A stretch of 64,000 nt of DNA, from assembly GCF_988243305.1 (NCBI RefSeq), contig NZ_OZ547136.1. One strand, written 5' to 3'. Positions within the stretch are counted from its first letter, which is position 1. Each line of letters starts with the position of its first letter. A program made the position numbers and the translations under genes. Of the stretch, positions 34,007-45,530 are shown one piece after another. The notes below the pieces were generated by a model. It saw only the letters and a program-made list of their open reading frames with translations. It did no database searches and was not told where the DNA came from.

Positions 34007-34034
34007 TTGACTCATTTTGAACTCTCCCTATAAT
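34007..34034 (+). promoter_or_regulatory. Sigma70 promoter of the valU-valX-valY-lysV tRNA operon (TTGACT, 16 bp spacer, TATAAT)
   Basis: -35 at 34007-34012 and -10 at 34029-34034, about 17 bp upstream of the first tRNA. Confidence 0.75.
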
Positions 34035-34051
34035 GCGACTCCACACAGCGG

Positions 34052-34127
34052 GGGTGATTAGCTCAGCTGGGAGAGCACCTCCCTTACAAGGAGGGGGTCG
34101 GCGGTTCGATCCCGTCATCACCCACCA
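34052..34127 (+). tRNA. valU: tRNA-Val (anticodon UAC)
   Basis: GGGTGATTAGCTCAGCTGGGAGAGCACCTCCCTTACAAGGAGGGGGTCGGCGGTTCGATCCCGTCATCACCCACCA (76 nt). Confidence 0.95.
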
Positions 34128-34171
34128 ACTACTTTATGTAGTCTCCGCCGTGTAGCAAGAAATTGAGAAGT

Positions 34172-34247
34172 GGGTGATTAGCTCAGCTGGGAGAGCACCT
34201 CCCTTACAAGGAGGGGGTCGGCGGTTCGATCCCGTCATCACCCACCA
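34172..34247 (+). tRNA. valX: tRNA-Val (anticodon UAC)
   Basis: Identical 76 nt sequence, second copy. Confidence 0.95.
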
Positions 34248-34293
34248 CTTTCTCGCCAGCTAAATTTCTTGTAAAAATGTGAAGTACCGAAGT

Positions 34294-34369
34294 GGGTGAT
34301 TAGCTCAGCTGGGAGAGCACCTCCCTTACAAGGAGGGGGTCGGCGGTTCGATCCCGTCATCACCCACCA
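34294..34369 (+). tRNA. valY: tRNA-Val (anticodon UAC)
   Basis: Identical 76 nt sequence, third copy. Confidence 0.95.
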
Positions 34370-34373
34370 CTTC

Positions 34374-34449
34374 GGGTCGTTAGCTCAGTTGGTAGAGCAG
34401 TTGACTTTTAATCAATTGGTCGCAGGTTCGAATCCTGCACGACCCACCA
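34374..34449 (+). tRNA. lysV: tRNA-Lys (anticodon UUU)
   Basis: GGGTCGTTAGCTCAGTTGGTAGAGCAGTTGACTTTTAATCAATTGGTCGCAGGTTCGAATCCTGCACGACCCACCA (76 nt). Confidence 0.95.
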
Positions 34450-34454
34450 ATGTA

Positions 34455-34480
34455 AAAAAGCGCCCTAAAGGCGCTTTTTT
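34455..34480 (+). terminator. Terminator of the val/lys tRNA operon (AAAAAAGCGCCctaaaGGCGCTTTTTT)
   Basis: Perfect hairpin with flanking A-tract and T-tract immediately after lysV. Confidence 0.85.
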
Positions 34481-34586
34481 GCTATCTGCGATACTCAAAG
34501 ATTCGAACCTGCAGCAGGTTCGAGTTGAGCGCAGCGAAACAACGGAGCCGCTCGCGGCGACGGCCCGAAGGGCGAGCGAAGCGAGT

Positions 34587-34645
34587 CATCCTGCACGACC
34601 CACCAATGCAAAAAAGCGCCCTAAAGGCGCTTTTTTGCTATCTGC
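34587..34645 (+). repeat. Direct repeat of the lysV 3' end (from the T-arm) plus its terminator; tRNA-Lys 3' remnant
   Basis: ATCCTGCACGACCCACCAATGcAAAAAAGCGCCCTAAAGGCGCTTTTTTGCTATCTGC duplicates 34431-34488 with one mismatch; preceded by GCAGGTTCGAG and an inserted GC-rich segment. Confidence 0.7.
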
Positions 34646-34715
34646 AATTTGCGAAATTGCCTGATGCGCTTCGCTTATCAGACCAACTATGTCCGGCAGT
34701 TCCCGTGCCTCTCAT

Positions 34716-35600
34716 CTACTGCGCCAACGCCGCCAGCAGTTTAACCATCGCGGGCGTCACCTGCTGTGTTTCATAAACAATATATAAATCTGCAGGGATG
34801 CGCTGTTTGAGCGGACGGAAAATGACACCTGGCCAGTTCATTTGTGCGTAGCTGTCCGCTATCAATGTGATACCAATGCCCATACTGACCATAGCGAGTA
34901 CCGTTTGCGGTTCATTAACTTCGCGAATAACAACCGGTGAAAATCCCACCTGCTGGCAAACTCGCTGCAAAAAATCCCAGTCAGTGTAAACGGGCGGCAT
35001 TGTAACGAAATACTCGTCACCTAGCGCTTCCAGCGGGACGGTGGAAAATGATGAGAGATGATGCTCTTCAGGCATCGCCACCAGAAACGCCGATTCATGC
35101 AACCGTAAGCTGGTAAAACCTGCCGGTGGTTCTGTCGCCATTCTCCAGATTCCGGCATCGAGTTCACGTCGTTCCAGCAGGGCCATTTGCATCGCGGGCA
35201 TCTTTTCGCGAAAAAGAACGTCAACGTTAGGATTTTCCCTGAGGAATCGCCGCATAACCGGGCGCATCCGTCCCCACATTGCCGTTCCCACAACCCCGAG
35301 TTCAATCCGCCCTGCTTCTCCCCGACCTATTTGTTCAACCCGAGCCAATACATTATTTGCATTCACCAGCAATCGACGCGATTCTTCCATCAAGATTTTG
35401 CCCGCATGTGTCAGTACGACGCTGCGCGAATGGCGAATAAAAAGCTGCGTGCCGAGTTGATTTTCCAGCTCTTTAATATGAATACTGAGCGGAGGCTGAG
35501 ACATATTTAAACGCGCTGCTGCGCGACCAAAATGCAACTCTTCCGCTACGGCAAGAAAATAACGGAGCAACTTAAGATCTGTTCTATATACGCGTTCCAT
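34716..35600 (-). CDS. xapR: LysR-family regulator of the xanthosine operon
   Basis: ORF 34716-35615; I prefer the ATG at 35600 (MERVYRTDLKLLRYF...). N-terminal LysR HTH. Confidence 0.85.
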   Translation of the reverse strand: MERVYRTDLKLLRYFLAVAEELHFGRAAARLNMSQPPLSIHIKELENQLGTQLFIRHSRSVVLTHAGKILMEESRRLLVNANNVLARVEQIGRGEAGRIELGVVGTAMWGRMRPVMRRFLRENPNVDVLFREKMPAMQMALLERRELDAGIWRMATEPPAGFTSLRLHESAFLVAMPEEHHLSSFSTVPLEALGDEYFVTMPPVYTDWDFLQRVCQQVGFSPVVIREVNEPQTVLAMVSMGIGITLIADSYAQMNWPGVIFRPLKQRIPADLYIVYETQQVTPAMVKLLAALAQ

Positions 35601-35851
35601 AATTAAGTGCTCCATATAATAAATACATCGTATTAAATTATCATGGCATAAAGTATTTCACCACCAGATATCCGACATACATAAACACGATGGATAATAT
35701 ACCCGGCAATACATTTGGAACAGGAATAGGTAATCGCACGATTGTAAACAAAGCACCAATGCCAAAACCAACGCCAGAAGAAAATAAAATATCTTTCACT
35801 AATTAACCTTTATCATAAAAGCAGCCCCAAGGAACAGAGCTGCGAATCCTT

Positions 35852-37108
35852 TTAATGTGTAACTGAACGATGCGTTATCTTTTCAGGGTCATGGTTATAT
35901 TTAAACCCAAAGAAAAATATCACTGCGAGGAAAAGAGCATACCCTGCAAACATCAGCCAAATGGTATGCCAGTCTTTTACGCCATCCACCGAAAAGTAAT
36001 CTACTGCCATGCCACTCAGAATCGAGCCAACCCATGCGCCGACACCATTTACCATGGTCATAAAGAGCCCCTGCGCGCTGGCACGAATGCTGGAATCAAC
36101 TTCCTGTTCGACAAATACCGAACCAGAAATATTGAAGAAATCGAATGCACAGCCATAAACAATCATCGACAGCAGCAGCAAAATAAATCCGGTTGTTGAC
36201 GGATCGCCATAGGCGAAGAAGCCAAAGCGCAGCGTCCACGCCACCATACTCATCAGCATGACGGTTTTAATACCGAAACGCTTCAAAAAGAACGGTATCG
36301 TCAGAATGAAACCGACTTCAGCCATCTGTGAAACTGACAGTAAAATGGACGGGTATTTCACCACGAAGCTATCAGCAAACTCAGGATTACGGGCGAAATC
36401 ATGCAGGAACGGGTTGCCAAAAACGTTGGTAATTTGCAGCACCGCGCCCAGCATCATGGCGAAGAGGAAAAAGATAGCCATGCGTGGATTTTTAAACAGC
36501 ACGAAGGCATCCAGACCCAGCTTGCTGGCAAGCGATGTAGTCGCTTTTTTCTCCGCAACCGGAATCTTCGGCAAAGTCAGCGCATAAGCCGACAGCAGCA
36601 ATGACGCACCGGACGCGATATACAGCTGCAGACTACTCAATTCCAGATGCAGCAGGCTTACTGCCCACATGGCGACAATGAACCCCACCGTACCAAAAAC
36701 GCGAATGGGCGGGAAAGCGGTCACCGGGTCAAGCCCTGCCTGGGCAAGACAGGAATAAGAGACGCTGTTCGATAACGCAATAGTCGGCATAAACGCCATC
36801 GCATTGACTAACATCACCCAAAACATCATATCCGGATCAGTTACGGATGCCGCATAAAAAAGTACGCCTGCACACACCAGGTGACACAGCATGTATGCAC
36901 GTTCTGCACGCAGCCATTTGTCTGCGATGATCCCCATTATACCAGGCATAATAATCGCGGCGATCCCTTTGGAACTGTAAACCATGCCAACATTAGCGCC
37001 GGTGAAATGAAGGGTATTAATCATGTAAGAACCGAGGGTAACCAGCCAGCTCCCCCAGATAAAATATTGCAAAAAGGACATTACCTTTAAGCGCAAAGCG
37101 ATGCTCAT
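35852..37108 (-). CDS. xapB: Xanthosine:H+ symporter (MFS, nucleoside:H+ symporter family)
   Basis: 418 aa ORF with 12 predicted TM segments, NupG-like. Confidence 0.9.
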   Translation of the reverse strand: MSIALRLKVMSFLQYFIWGSWLVTLGSYMINTLHFTGANVGMVYSSKGIAAIIMPGIMGIIADKWLRAERAYMLCHLVCAGVLFYAASVTDPDMMFWVMLVNAMAFMPTIALSNSVSYSCLAQAGLDPVTAFPPIRVFGTVGFIVAMWAVSLLHLELSSLQLYIASGASLLLSAYALTLPKIPVAEKKATTSLASKLGLDAFVLFKNPRMAIFFLFAMMLGAVLQITNVFGNPFLHDFARNPEFADSFVVKYPSILLSVSQMAEVGFILTIPFFLKRFGIKTVMLMSMVAWTLRFGFFAYGDPSTTGFILLLLSMIVYGCAFDFFNISGSVFVEQEVDSSIRASAQGLFMTMVNGVGAWVGSILSGMAVDYFSVDGVKDWHTIWLMFAGYALFLAVIFFFGFKYNHDPEKITHRSVTH

Positions 37109-37167
37109 AATCGTTTCCTTGTCGCATCATTTGGCCTCACCCGCGAGGCCGTTTCTTATTGTTTTTC

Positions 37168-38001
37168 TCAGGCAATTTTGCGCAGAAAGCCACAAATAAG
37201 GTTGATGAAGTTCTGCTTAGAGAGCTCCGCAGCCGCCAGCGTTTGCGCATGTGACAATTTCACATCGCTTAAACCTTCCGCCATGTTGGTAATCGCAGAG
37301 ACCGCAACGACTTTAAGTTCGCAATGGCGAGCAGAAATAACCTCAGGCACCACAGACATACCAACAACATCCCCACCAATAATTTGCATCATGCGAATTT
37401 CCGCCGCAGTCTCGAAATTCGGACCCGGATACGAGACGAACACGCCCTCCGTCAGAGGGAACCCCTCTTCTTTCGCCACTTTTTGTAACAGTGCGCGGTA
37501 TTCCGCATCGTAGGCATTCGCCAGCGAGAAGAAGCGCTCACCAAAACGTTCATCATTAAGACCCACCATCGGCGTTCCCGGCATGGTGTTGATGTGATCT
37601 TTCAATGCGACCAGACTGCCGGCCCCCACTTCAGGACGCAGTGAGCCAGCCGCATTGGTGCAGAACAGCAACTCGCAGCCCAGCAACTTAAAGGTACGGA
37701 TTGCATCCATCATGATGGTCATCCCACGACCTTCGTAGAAATGTCCGCGACCTTTCATGCACGCCACTGGCACCCCCTGAAGATAACCCAGCACCAGCTC
37801 ACCCGCATGACCGTGTACGGTACTTACCGGGAACCCAGGCAGCTTTTCGTAGGAAATTGCGACCGCGTTCTCAATCTGATCGGCCAGCGCGCCCAGCCCG
37901 GAACCTAAAATAAAGGCCACTCGTGGCGTGAAATCAGGTTTATAAGTCTTGATAATATCTACGCAATACAGTGGGTTATGAGAAAACTGAGCCTGATACA
38001 T
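37168..38001 (-). CDS. xapA: Purine nucleoside phosphorylase II (xanthosine phosphorylase)
   Basis: 277 aa ORF of the PNP/MTAP family I. Confidence 0.9.
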   Translation of the reverse strand: MYQAQFSHNPLYCVDIIKTYKPDFTPRVAFILGSGLGALADQIENAVAISYEKLPGFPVSTVHGHAGELVLGYLQGVPVACMKGRGHFYEGRGMTIMMDAIRTFKLLGCELLFCTNAAGSLRPEVGAGSLVALKDHINTMPGTPMVGLNDERFGERFFSLANAYDAEYRALLQKVAKEEGFPLTEGVFVSYPGPNFETAAEIRMMQIIGGDVVGMSVVPEVISARHCELKVVAVSAITNMAEGLSDVKLSHAQTLAAAELSKQNFINLICGFLRKIA

Positions 38002-38249
38002 ATATATCCTTTTTTTGTAGGGTGGAATCTAACGCCTTTTTATAACGAGATTGCCCTAACTCATACCAATACACTTTTTTCATGTATCCGATAGTTATTC
38101 GATATCGATATATTTATATTTTTTCACTATTAATAGGCGGAAAAAACTGTATTGGTACTCTCCTTTCCATTGCATTAACAATATGCCGCTTTTAATCAAC
38201 CTTTTTATTAAGCAATCAACTAATAACGATCGGCATAGGGAATTATGCT

Positions 38250-39014
38250 ATGAAAAAACATCTTTTTACTCTGACACTCTCTTCTGTATTGGCAATACCA
38301 GCAGTATCCCATGCAGAATTTAAAGGCGGTTTTGCTGATATAGGTATTCATTATCTTGACTGGACTAGCAGAACCACTGAGAAATCGTCGACCAAATCAC
38401 ACAAAGATGATTTTGGATATCTGGAACTGGAAGGTGGCGCTAACTTTAGTTGGGGAGAAATGTACGGGTTCTTCGACTGGGAAAACTTTTATAATGATCG
38501 TCATGATAAACCGGGTAGCGAGCAGCGTTATACATTTAAAAATACCAACCGTATTTACCTGGGTGACACCGGATTTAATCTTTACCTGCACACGTATGGT
38601 ACCTACGGGTCTGCGAATCGTGTGAATTTCCACGACGATATGTTCCTGTACGGTGTCGGCTACAATTTCACCGGCAGCGGTTGGTGGTTCAAACCGTTCT
38701 TTGCAAAACGCTATACAGACCAAACCTATTATACCGGCGATAACGGTTATGTCGCCGGTTGGGTTGCAGGTTACAGCTTTATGCTGGGCAGTGAGAAATT
38801 CACCCTCACCAACTGGAACGAGTACGAGTTTGATCGTGATGCCACCTACGCGGCAGGTAATGGCGGCAAAGAAGGTCTGAACGGTGCCGTCGCACTTTGG
38901 TGGAATGCAACTTCACACATCACCACAGGGATTCAGTATCGTTATGCGGATGACAAACTGGGCGAAGATTTTTACCAGGATGCAATAATCTACTCCATCA
39001 AATTTAATTTCTGA
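38250..39014 (+). CDS. yfeN: Putative outer-membrane beta-barrel protein YfeN (possibly a Tsx/OmpK-like nucleoside channel)
   Basis: 254 aa ORF with a signal peptide (MKKHLFTLTLSSVLAIPAVSHA), Tyr/Gly/Asn/Trp-rich composition and a C-terminal ...KFNF typical of OMP barrels. Divergent from xapA. Confidence 0.7.
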   Translation: MKKHLFTLTLSSVLAIPAVSHAEFKGGFADIGIHYLDWTSRTTEKSSTKSHKDDFGYLELEGGANFSWGEMYGFFDWENFYNDRHDKPGSEQRYTFKNTNRIYLGDTGFNLYLHTYGTYGSANRVNFHDDMFLYGVGYNFTGSGWWFKPFFAKRYTDQTYYTGDNGYVAGWVAGYSFMLGSEKFTLTNWNEYEFDRDATYAAGNGGKEGLNGAVALWWNATSHITTGIQYRYADDKLGEDFYQDAIIYSIKFNF

Positions 39015-39051
39015 TTGATTACTGCCGGGGCTCCCGGCAGTATGAATAGCT

Positions 39052-39978
39052 CTATATCTGATACAACGGATCCCCTTCCCGCCCAGCCATTAGCGCACGG
39101 CCCTGGCCTCGTACCACGTCCCATAACGCTTGTGCGGCGGTGGAAAGTGAACGGTTCTTCCTGCGCACCAGCATCAACTGGCGTTCCACCACCGGCGTAA
39201 TGCGCTTTACCACCAGCGGGCTACCTTCAGGTAACGGCAGCGCCAGTGCGGGAAGAATACTAATGCCGATGCCTGCGGCTACCATCGGGAACAGCGTCGC
39301 CGGATGACCAATCTCCTGCACAATATTCGCCTGAATACCGTTGCGCGCCAGCGCTGCGTCAATCAGCGGTCGGCTGCCTGACGCGTAATCCTGCAACACC
39401 AATTTCGCTCCCTGTAATGCCTGCCAGGGTACATAATCTTCCGCGGCCAAAGCGCTATCGCGATGGCAAAGCAAGAAGAAAGGCTCGGAAAGAATCGCTT
39501 CACATTGCAGATCGCCCACTGGGCCTGGATCGATGACGATGCCAAAATCGACATCTCCCTGGCGAATACTTTCCATCACCCACTGCTGCGGACGATCGTG
39601 CAGGATAAACTGAATATCTGGATAGCGGCGATGGCTTTCAGCAATGCATTGCGGAATAAGATGCGCGGAAATGGTCTGGCTGGCAGCGACCCGAACTTTT
39701 CCGCTCAGTTGTTGCCCCATACGCCCGGTATCGCGCAACGTGCTGTTAAGTTCATCCAGCAGTCGCTCAAGACGCAAAGCCAACTGCTGCCCTGCATCTG
39801 TAAGCACCACTTCACGCGTGGTTCTGTCCAGCAGGCGAACACCAGTATGATTTTCCAGCTCCTTCACACTGTGACTCACTGCCGACTGGCTCAGGCCGAT
39901 ACGCTCTCCTGCACGACTAAAACTTTTCTCCTGCGCTACTGTGACGAAAACCTTTAATTGTTTTAAAGAATAATTCAT
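39052..39978 (-). CDS. yfeR: LysR-family transcriptional regulator
   Basis: 308 aa ORF with an N-terminal LysR HTH ([32 protein letters not shown]). Confidence 0.8.
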   Translation of the reverse strand: MNYSLKQLKVFVTVAQEKSFSRAGERIGLSQSAVSHSVKELENHTGVRLLDRTTREVVLTDAGQQLALRLERLLDELNSTLRDTGRMGQQLSGKVRVAASQTISAHLIPQCIAESHRRYPDIQFILHDRPQQWVMESIRQGDVDFGIVIDPGPVGDLQCEAILSEPFFLLCHRDSALAAEDYVPWQALQGAKLVLQDYASGSRPLIDAALARNGIQANIVQEIGHPATLFPMVAAGIGISILPALALPLPEGSPLVVKRITPVVERQLMLVRRKNRSLSTAAQALWDVVRGQGRALMAGREGDPLYQI

Positions 39979-40067
39979 CTGTTTTCTTTATGAATGGATG
40001 CAATAAATCAATTTTATTTCTCAAACTGGAAGAAGCACAATAGAACCATCGATCATCTGGAGTCTTT

Positions 40068-41066
40068 ATGAAACTTTTTCGTATCCTCGATCCTTTCACC
40101 TTAACCCTGATCACGGTGGTGTTGCTGGCCTCTTTCTTTCCGGCCAGAGGCGATTTCGTCCCCTTCTTTGAAAATCTGACCACCGCAGCGATTGCCCTGC
40201 TGTTTTTTATGCACGGCGCGAAGTTGTCGCGTGAGGCGATTATTGCTGGCGGTGGGCACTGGCGACTGCATTTGTGGGTAATGTGCAGCACCTTCGTGCT
40301 GTTTCCTATTCTGGGCGTGCTGTTTGCCTGGTGGAAACCGATAAATGTCGACCCGATGCTCTACTCCGGTTTTCTCTACTTGTGCATTCTCCCCGCTACC
40401 GTGCAGTCTGCAATCGCCTTCACGTCAATGGCGGGCGGTAACGTTGCGGCGGCGGTTTGTTCTGCGTCAGCATCCAGCCTGCTGGGTATTTTCCTTTCAC
40501 CATTGCTGGTTGGCCTGGTGATGAATGTTCACGGTGCAGGGGGCAGCCTTGAGCAGGTCGGTAAAATTATGCTGCAACTGCTGCTGCCGTTTGTGTTGGG
40601 GCATCTTTCCCGGCCGTGGATTGGTGACTGGGTGTCGCGCAATAAAAAATGGATTGCGAAAACTGACCAGACGTCCATTCTGTTGGTGGTTTATACAGCG
40701 TTCAGTGAAGCCGTCGTTAATGGTATCTGGCATAAAGTTGGCTGGGGATCATTGCTGTTTATCGTGGTGGTCAGCTGCGTTCTTCTGGCTATCGTGATTG
40801 TAGTTAACGTCTTTATGGCACGCCGACTGGGCTTCAATAAAGCAGATGAAATTACTATCGTCTTTTGTGGTTCGAAAAAGAGTCTGGCAAATGGCATCCC
40901 GATGGCAAACATTCTTTTCCCCACAGCGGTGATCGGTATGATGGTGCTGCCTCTGATGATTTTCCATCAGATCCAATTGATGGTCTGTGCGGTGCTGGCG
41001 CGTCGATACAAACACCAAACCGAACAGTTACAGGCGCAGCAGGAAAGCCGCGCCAATAAAGCTTAA
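40068..41066 (+). CDS. yfeH: Putative bile acid:sodium symporter (BASS) family transporter
   Basis: 332 aa polytopic ORF divergent from yfeR. Confidence 0.8.
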   Translation: MKLFRILDPFTLTLITVVLLASFFPARGDFVPFFENLTTAAIALLFFMHGAKLSREAIIAGGGHWRLHLWVMCSTFVLFPILGVLFAWWKPINVDPMLYSGFLYLCILPATVQSAIAFTSMAGGNVAAAVCSASASSLLGIFLSPLLVGLVMNVHGAGGSLEQVGKIMLQLLLPFVLGHLSRPWIGDWVSRNKKWIAKTDQTSILLVVYTAFSEAVVNGIWHKVGWGSLLFIVVVSCVLLAIVIVVNVFMARRLGFNKADEITIVFCGSKKSLANGIPMANILFPTAVIGMMVLPLMIFHQIQLMVCAVLARRYKHQTEQLQAQQESRANKA

Positions 41067-41281
41067 AGAGGACGCTTCAGGGGCTGGACCAGTTGCGTCA
41101 GCCCCTCAGTTTTAATCAGCAGCGTGATTTGCATTAGCTCACCGAGCTTCCCTGCCGGGAACTCATCTTTGCGGGCAAACCACAGAAGATACTCCTCCGG
41201 CAGGTCGATTAAGCGACGCCCTTTGTATTTGCCAAACGGCATTATCGTATTGGCTATTTCAATCAGCTGCTCTTTTTCCAT
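41063..41281 (-). CDS. ypeB: Small conserved protein YpeB (DUF3820), co-transcribed downstream of ligA
   Basis: ORF 41063-41374; I prefer the ATG at 41281 (MEKEQLIEIANTIMPFGKYKGRRLIDLPEEYLLWF...), immediately after the ligA stop. Confidence 0.7.
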   Translation of the reverse strand: MEKEQLIEIANTIMPFGKYKGRRLIDLPEEYLLWFARKDEFPAGKLGELMQITLLIKTEGLTQLVQPLKRPL

Positions 41282-41282
41282 C

Positions 41283-43307
<2,025 letters not shown>

Positions 43308-43368
43308 TCAATGCTAAAAACCCCCGACAAGCGGGGGTTCGAAGAGGAGTTAATTTGCCTTAAGTGTA

Positions 43369-44355
43369 TCAGGCGTTGGCGTCTTTGACTTCGCGGATGA
43401 TGTCCTGGTACTCGCGCAATTTCTGCGGAGTCATCATACGGCGCTGATCGTCAAGCACTACACCGCCCACTTCATCGGCAATATGCTGCGCAGATTGCAG
43501 CATCAGCTTGAAGTTCTGCAGCTCGTCACCGTAAGACGGTACCTGCATAAAGATAGTGACACCCGGAGTAGTGAAATCCTTCATTTCAGGATCAAAGGTT
43601 CCCGGTTTCACCATATTCGCCAGGCTGAATAACGCCGGGCCGCTGCCATCCGGGCTAAGATGACGATGGTAAATATTCATATCGCCAAAAATGAAGCCCG
43701 CTTGTTGAATGCTGTTAAGAAGCAGTTCACCGTTTAGCTCGCTACCGTGATGCGCCGCGACGTTCATGATAATCACCGCTTCTTTGCGCTTCGGTTTATC
43801 CATAACTGGAGCCGGTTCCGCTACAGGCTCAGGCTGTGGTGCCGCTACGGGTTCTGCAGGCTGGAAAGCCTGTTGTGCCGGTTGCGGTGCTGAATGCACT
43901 GGCTGCGGCGCTGACGCGACTTGTGGCGAAACTGGCTGCTGCAACGGCTGTTCAGGCTGCGGCTGATAGGCAGGCTGCTGCACCGGCTGCGCTGGACGCG
44001 GAGCATGTTGCGGCGGTACCTGCGCTTCAGGCGGCTGCTGGACCGGTTGACGCGGCTGCGCAGACGCATAAGGCGGTTGGTACTGGTGTTGCGGCGACGG
44101 ACGAGCAGCCTCATGCTCCTGGGCGTTAGCCGGGGCATGATTCACGCGGTGAACACGAACCTCACCAACGCCCTCATCATCTTCGACATCCTCGTCATAA
44201 GAATCGTCGTCACGTTTTGACTTCATTCGTTTTAATGGCCGATCGCGGAACATAGAAGATCGTTCTTTACGGCTGGTCCAGAAACCATGTACCAGTAAAG
44301 CGATTATGGCGATCGCGCCAACAATGATTAATATCAGACGCAAATCCTGCATCAT
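43369..44355 (-). CDS. zipA: Cell division protein ZipA (FtsZ membrane anchor)
   Basis: ORF 43369-44406; I prefer the start at [18 protein letters not shown]... N-terminal TM segment, P/Q-rich linker, C-terminal FtsZ-binding domain. Confidence 0.9.
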   Translation of the reverse strand: MMQDLRLILIIVGAIAIIALLVHGFWTSRKERSSMFRDRPLKRMKSKRDDDSYDEDVEDDEGVGEVRVHRVNHAPANAQEHEAARPSPQHQYQPPYASAQPRQPVQQPPEAQVPPQHAPRPAQPVQQPAYQPQPEQPLQQPVSPQVASAPQPVHSAPQPAQQAFQPAEPVAAPQPEPVAEPAPVMDKPKRKEAVIIMNVAAHHGSELNGELLLNSIQQAGFIFGDMNIYHRHLSPDGSGPALFSLANMVKPGTFDPEMKDFTTPGVTIFMQVPSYGDELQNFKLMLQSAQHIADEVGGVVLDDQRRMMTPQKLREYQDIIREVKDANA

Positions 44356-44584
44356 TATATTCTCTGTTGTTCTAACACCTTGCCACCACGGCAAACATTT
44401 ACTCACTAAGAGTATTTGCCGATTACCTCAAGTGCAAGTGCACTATTAACTTTCACAGCACAAAGATAGATGAAATCGTGCTTTTTGCTGTTTTTTCGAA
44501 CATATCCTAACTGTCCATTGCGCAATTACCCGGTAAAATACGCAGAATTTTCCTGGGATTGGTCAAAAGGAGCTCATCCTGATT

Positions 44585-45346
44585 ATGGTTTCATCATTCA
44601 CATCTGCCCCACGCAGCGGTTTTTACTATTTTGCGCAAGGCTGGAAGCTCGTCTCGCAACCTGGGATTCGGCGTTTCGTTATTTTACCGCTGCTGGTCAA
44701 TATTTTGTTGATGGGGGGCGCATTCTGGTGGCTCTTTACGCAACTCGATGTCTGGATCCCGACTCTCATGAGTTATGTTCCGGACTGGTTACAATGGCTG
44801 AGCTATCTGTTGTGGCCTCTGGCTGTCATCTCTGTGCTGTTAGTGTTTGGCTATTTCTTCTCAACGATTGCTAACTGGATTGCCGCTCCGTTCAATGGTT
44901 TATTGGCTGAACAACTGGAAGCACGATTGACTGGCGCTACACCGCCAGATACCGGGATTTTCGGTATCATGAAAGATGTGCCGCGAATCATGAAACGCGA
45001 ATGGCAAAAATTTGCCTGGTATCTGCCGCGCGCAATTGTATTGCTAATTCTTTACTTCATCCCTGGTATTGGGCAAACCGTCGCGCCGGTACTGTGGTTC
45101 CTGTTTAGCGCCTGGATGTTAGCCATCCAGTATTGCGATTACCCCTTCGATAACCACAAAGTGCCGTTTAAAGAGATGCGCACCGCCCTGCGCACACGCA
45201 AAATCACCAATATGCAGTTTGGTGCTTTAACCAGCCTGTTTACGATGATCCCTCTGCTTAATCTGTTCATCATGCCCGTTGCCGTTTGTGGTGCGACGGC
45301 GATGTGGGTCGATTGCTATCGCGATAAACACGCGATGTGGCGGTAA
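44585..45346 (+). CDS. cysZ: Sulfate transporter CysZ
   Basis: 253 aa membrane ORF divergent from zipA and upstream of cysK. Confidence 0.9.
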
Positions 45347-45530
45347 CAATCTACCGGTTATTTTGTAAACCGTTTGTGTGAAACAGGGGTGGCTTATGCC
45401 GCCCCTTATTCCATCTTGCATGTCATTATTTCCCTTCTGCATATAGATATGCTAAATCCTTACTTCCGCATATTCTCTGAGCGGGTATGCTACCTGTTGT
45501 ATCCCAATTTCATACAGTTAAGGACAGGCC

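Noticed and set aside
34043-34450. Possible CRISPR-like array (regularly spaced identical ~76 bp units)
   Set aside because: The repeated units are complete tRNA-Val genes with cloverleaf structure and CCA ends. Spacers are short and there are no cas genes nearby.
34296-34664. 122 aa ORF spanning valY, lysV and the downstream repeat
   Set aside because: It overlaps tRNA genes and terminator hairpins; the frame runs through structured RNA genes, so it is not a protein gene.
43766-44220. Repetitive CAG/CCG-rich DNA with several overlapping ORFs in both strands
   Set aside because: This is the Pro/Gln-rich linker region of zipA; the repetition is codon-level low complexity within a known gene, not a mobile or regulatory repeat.
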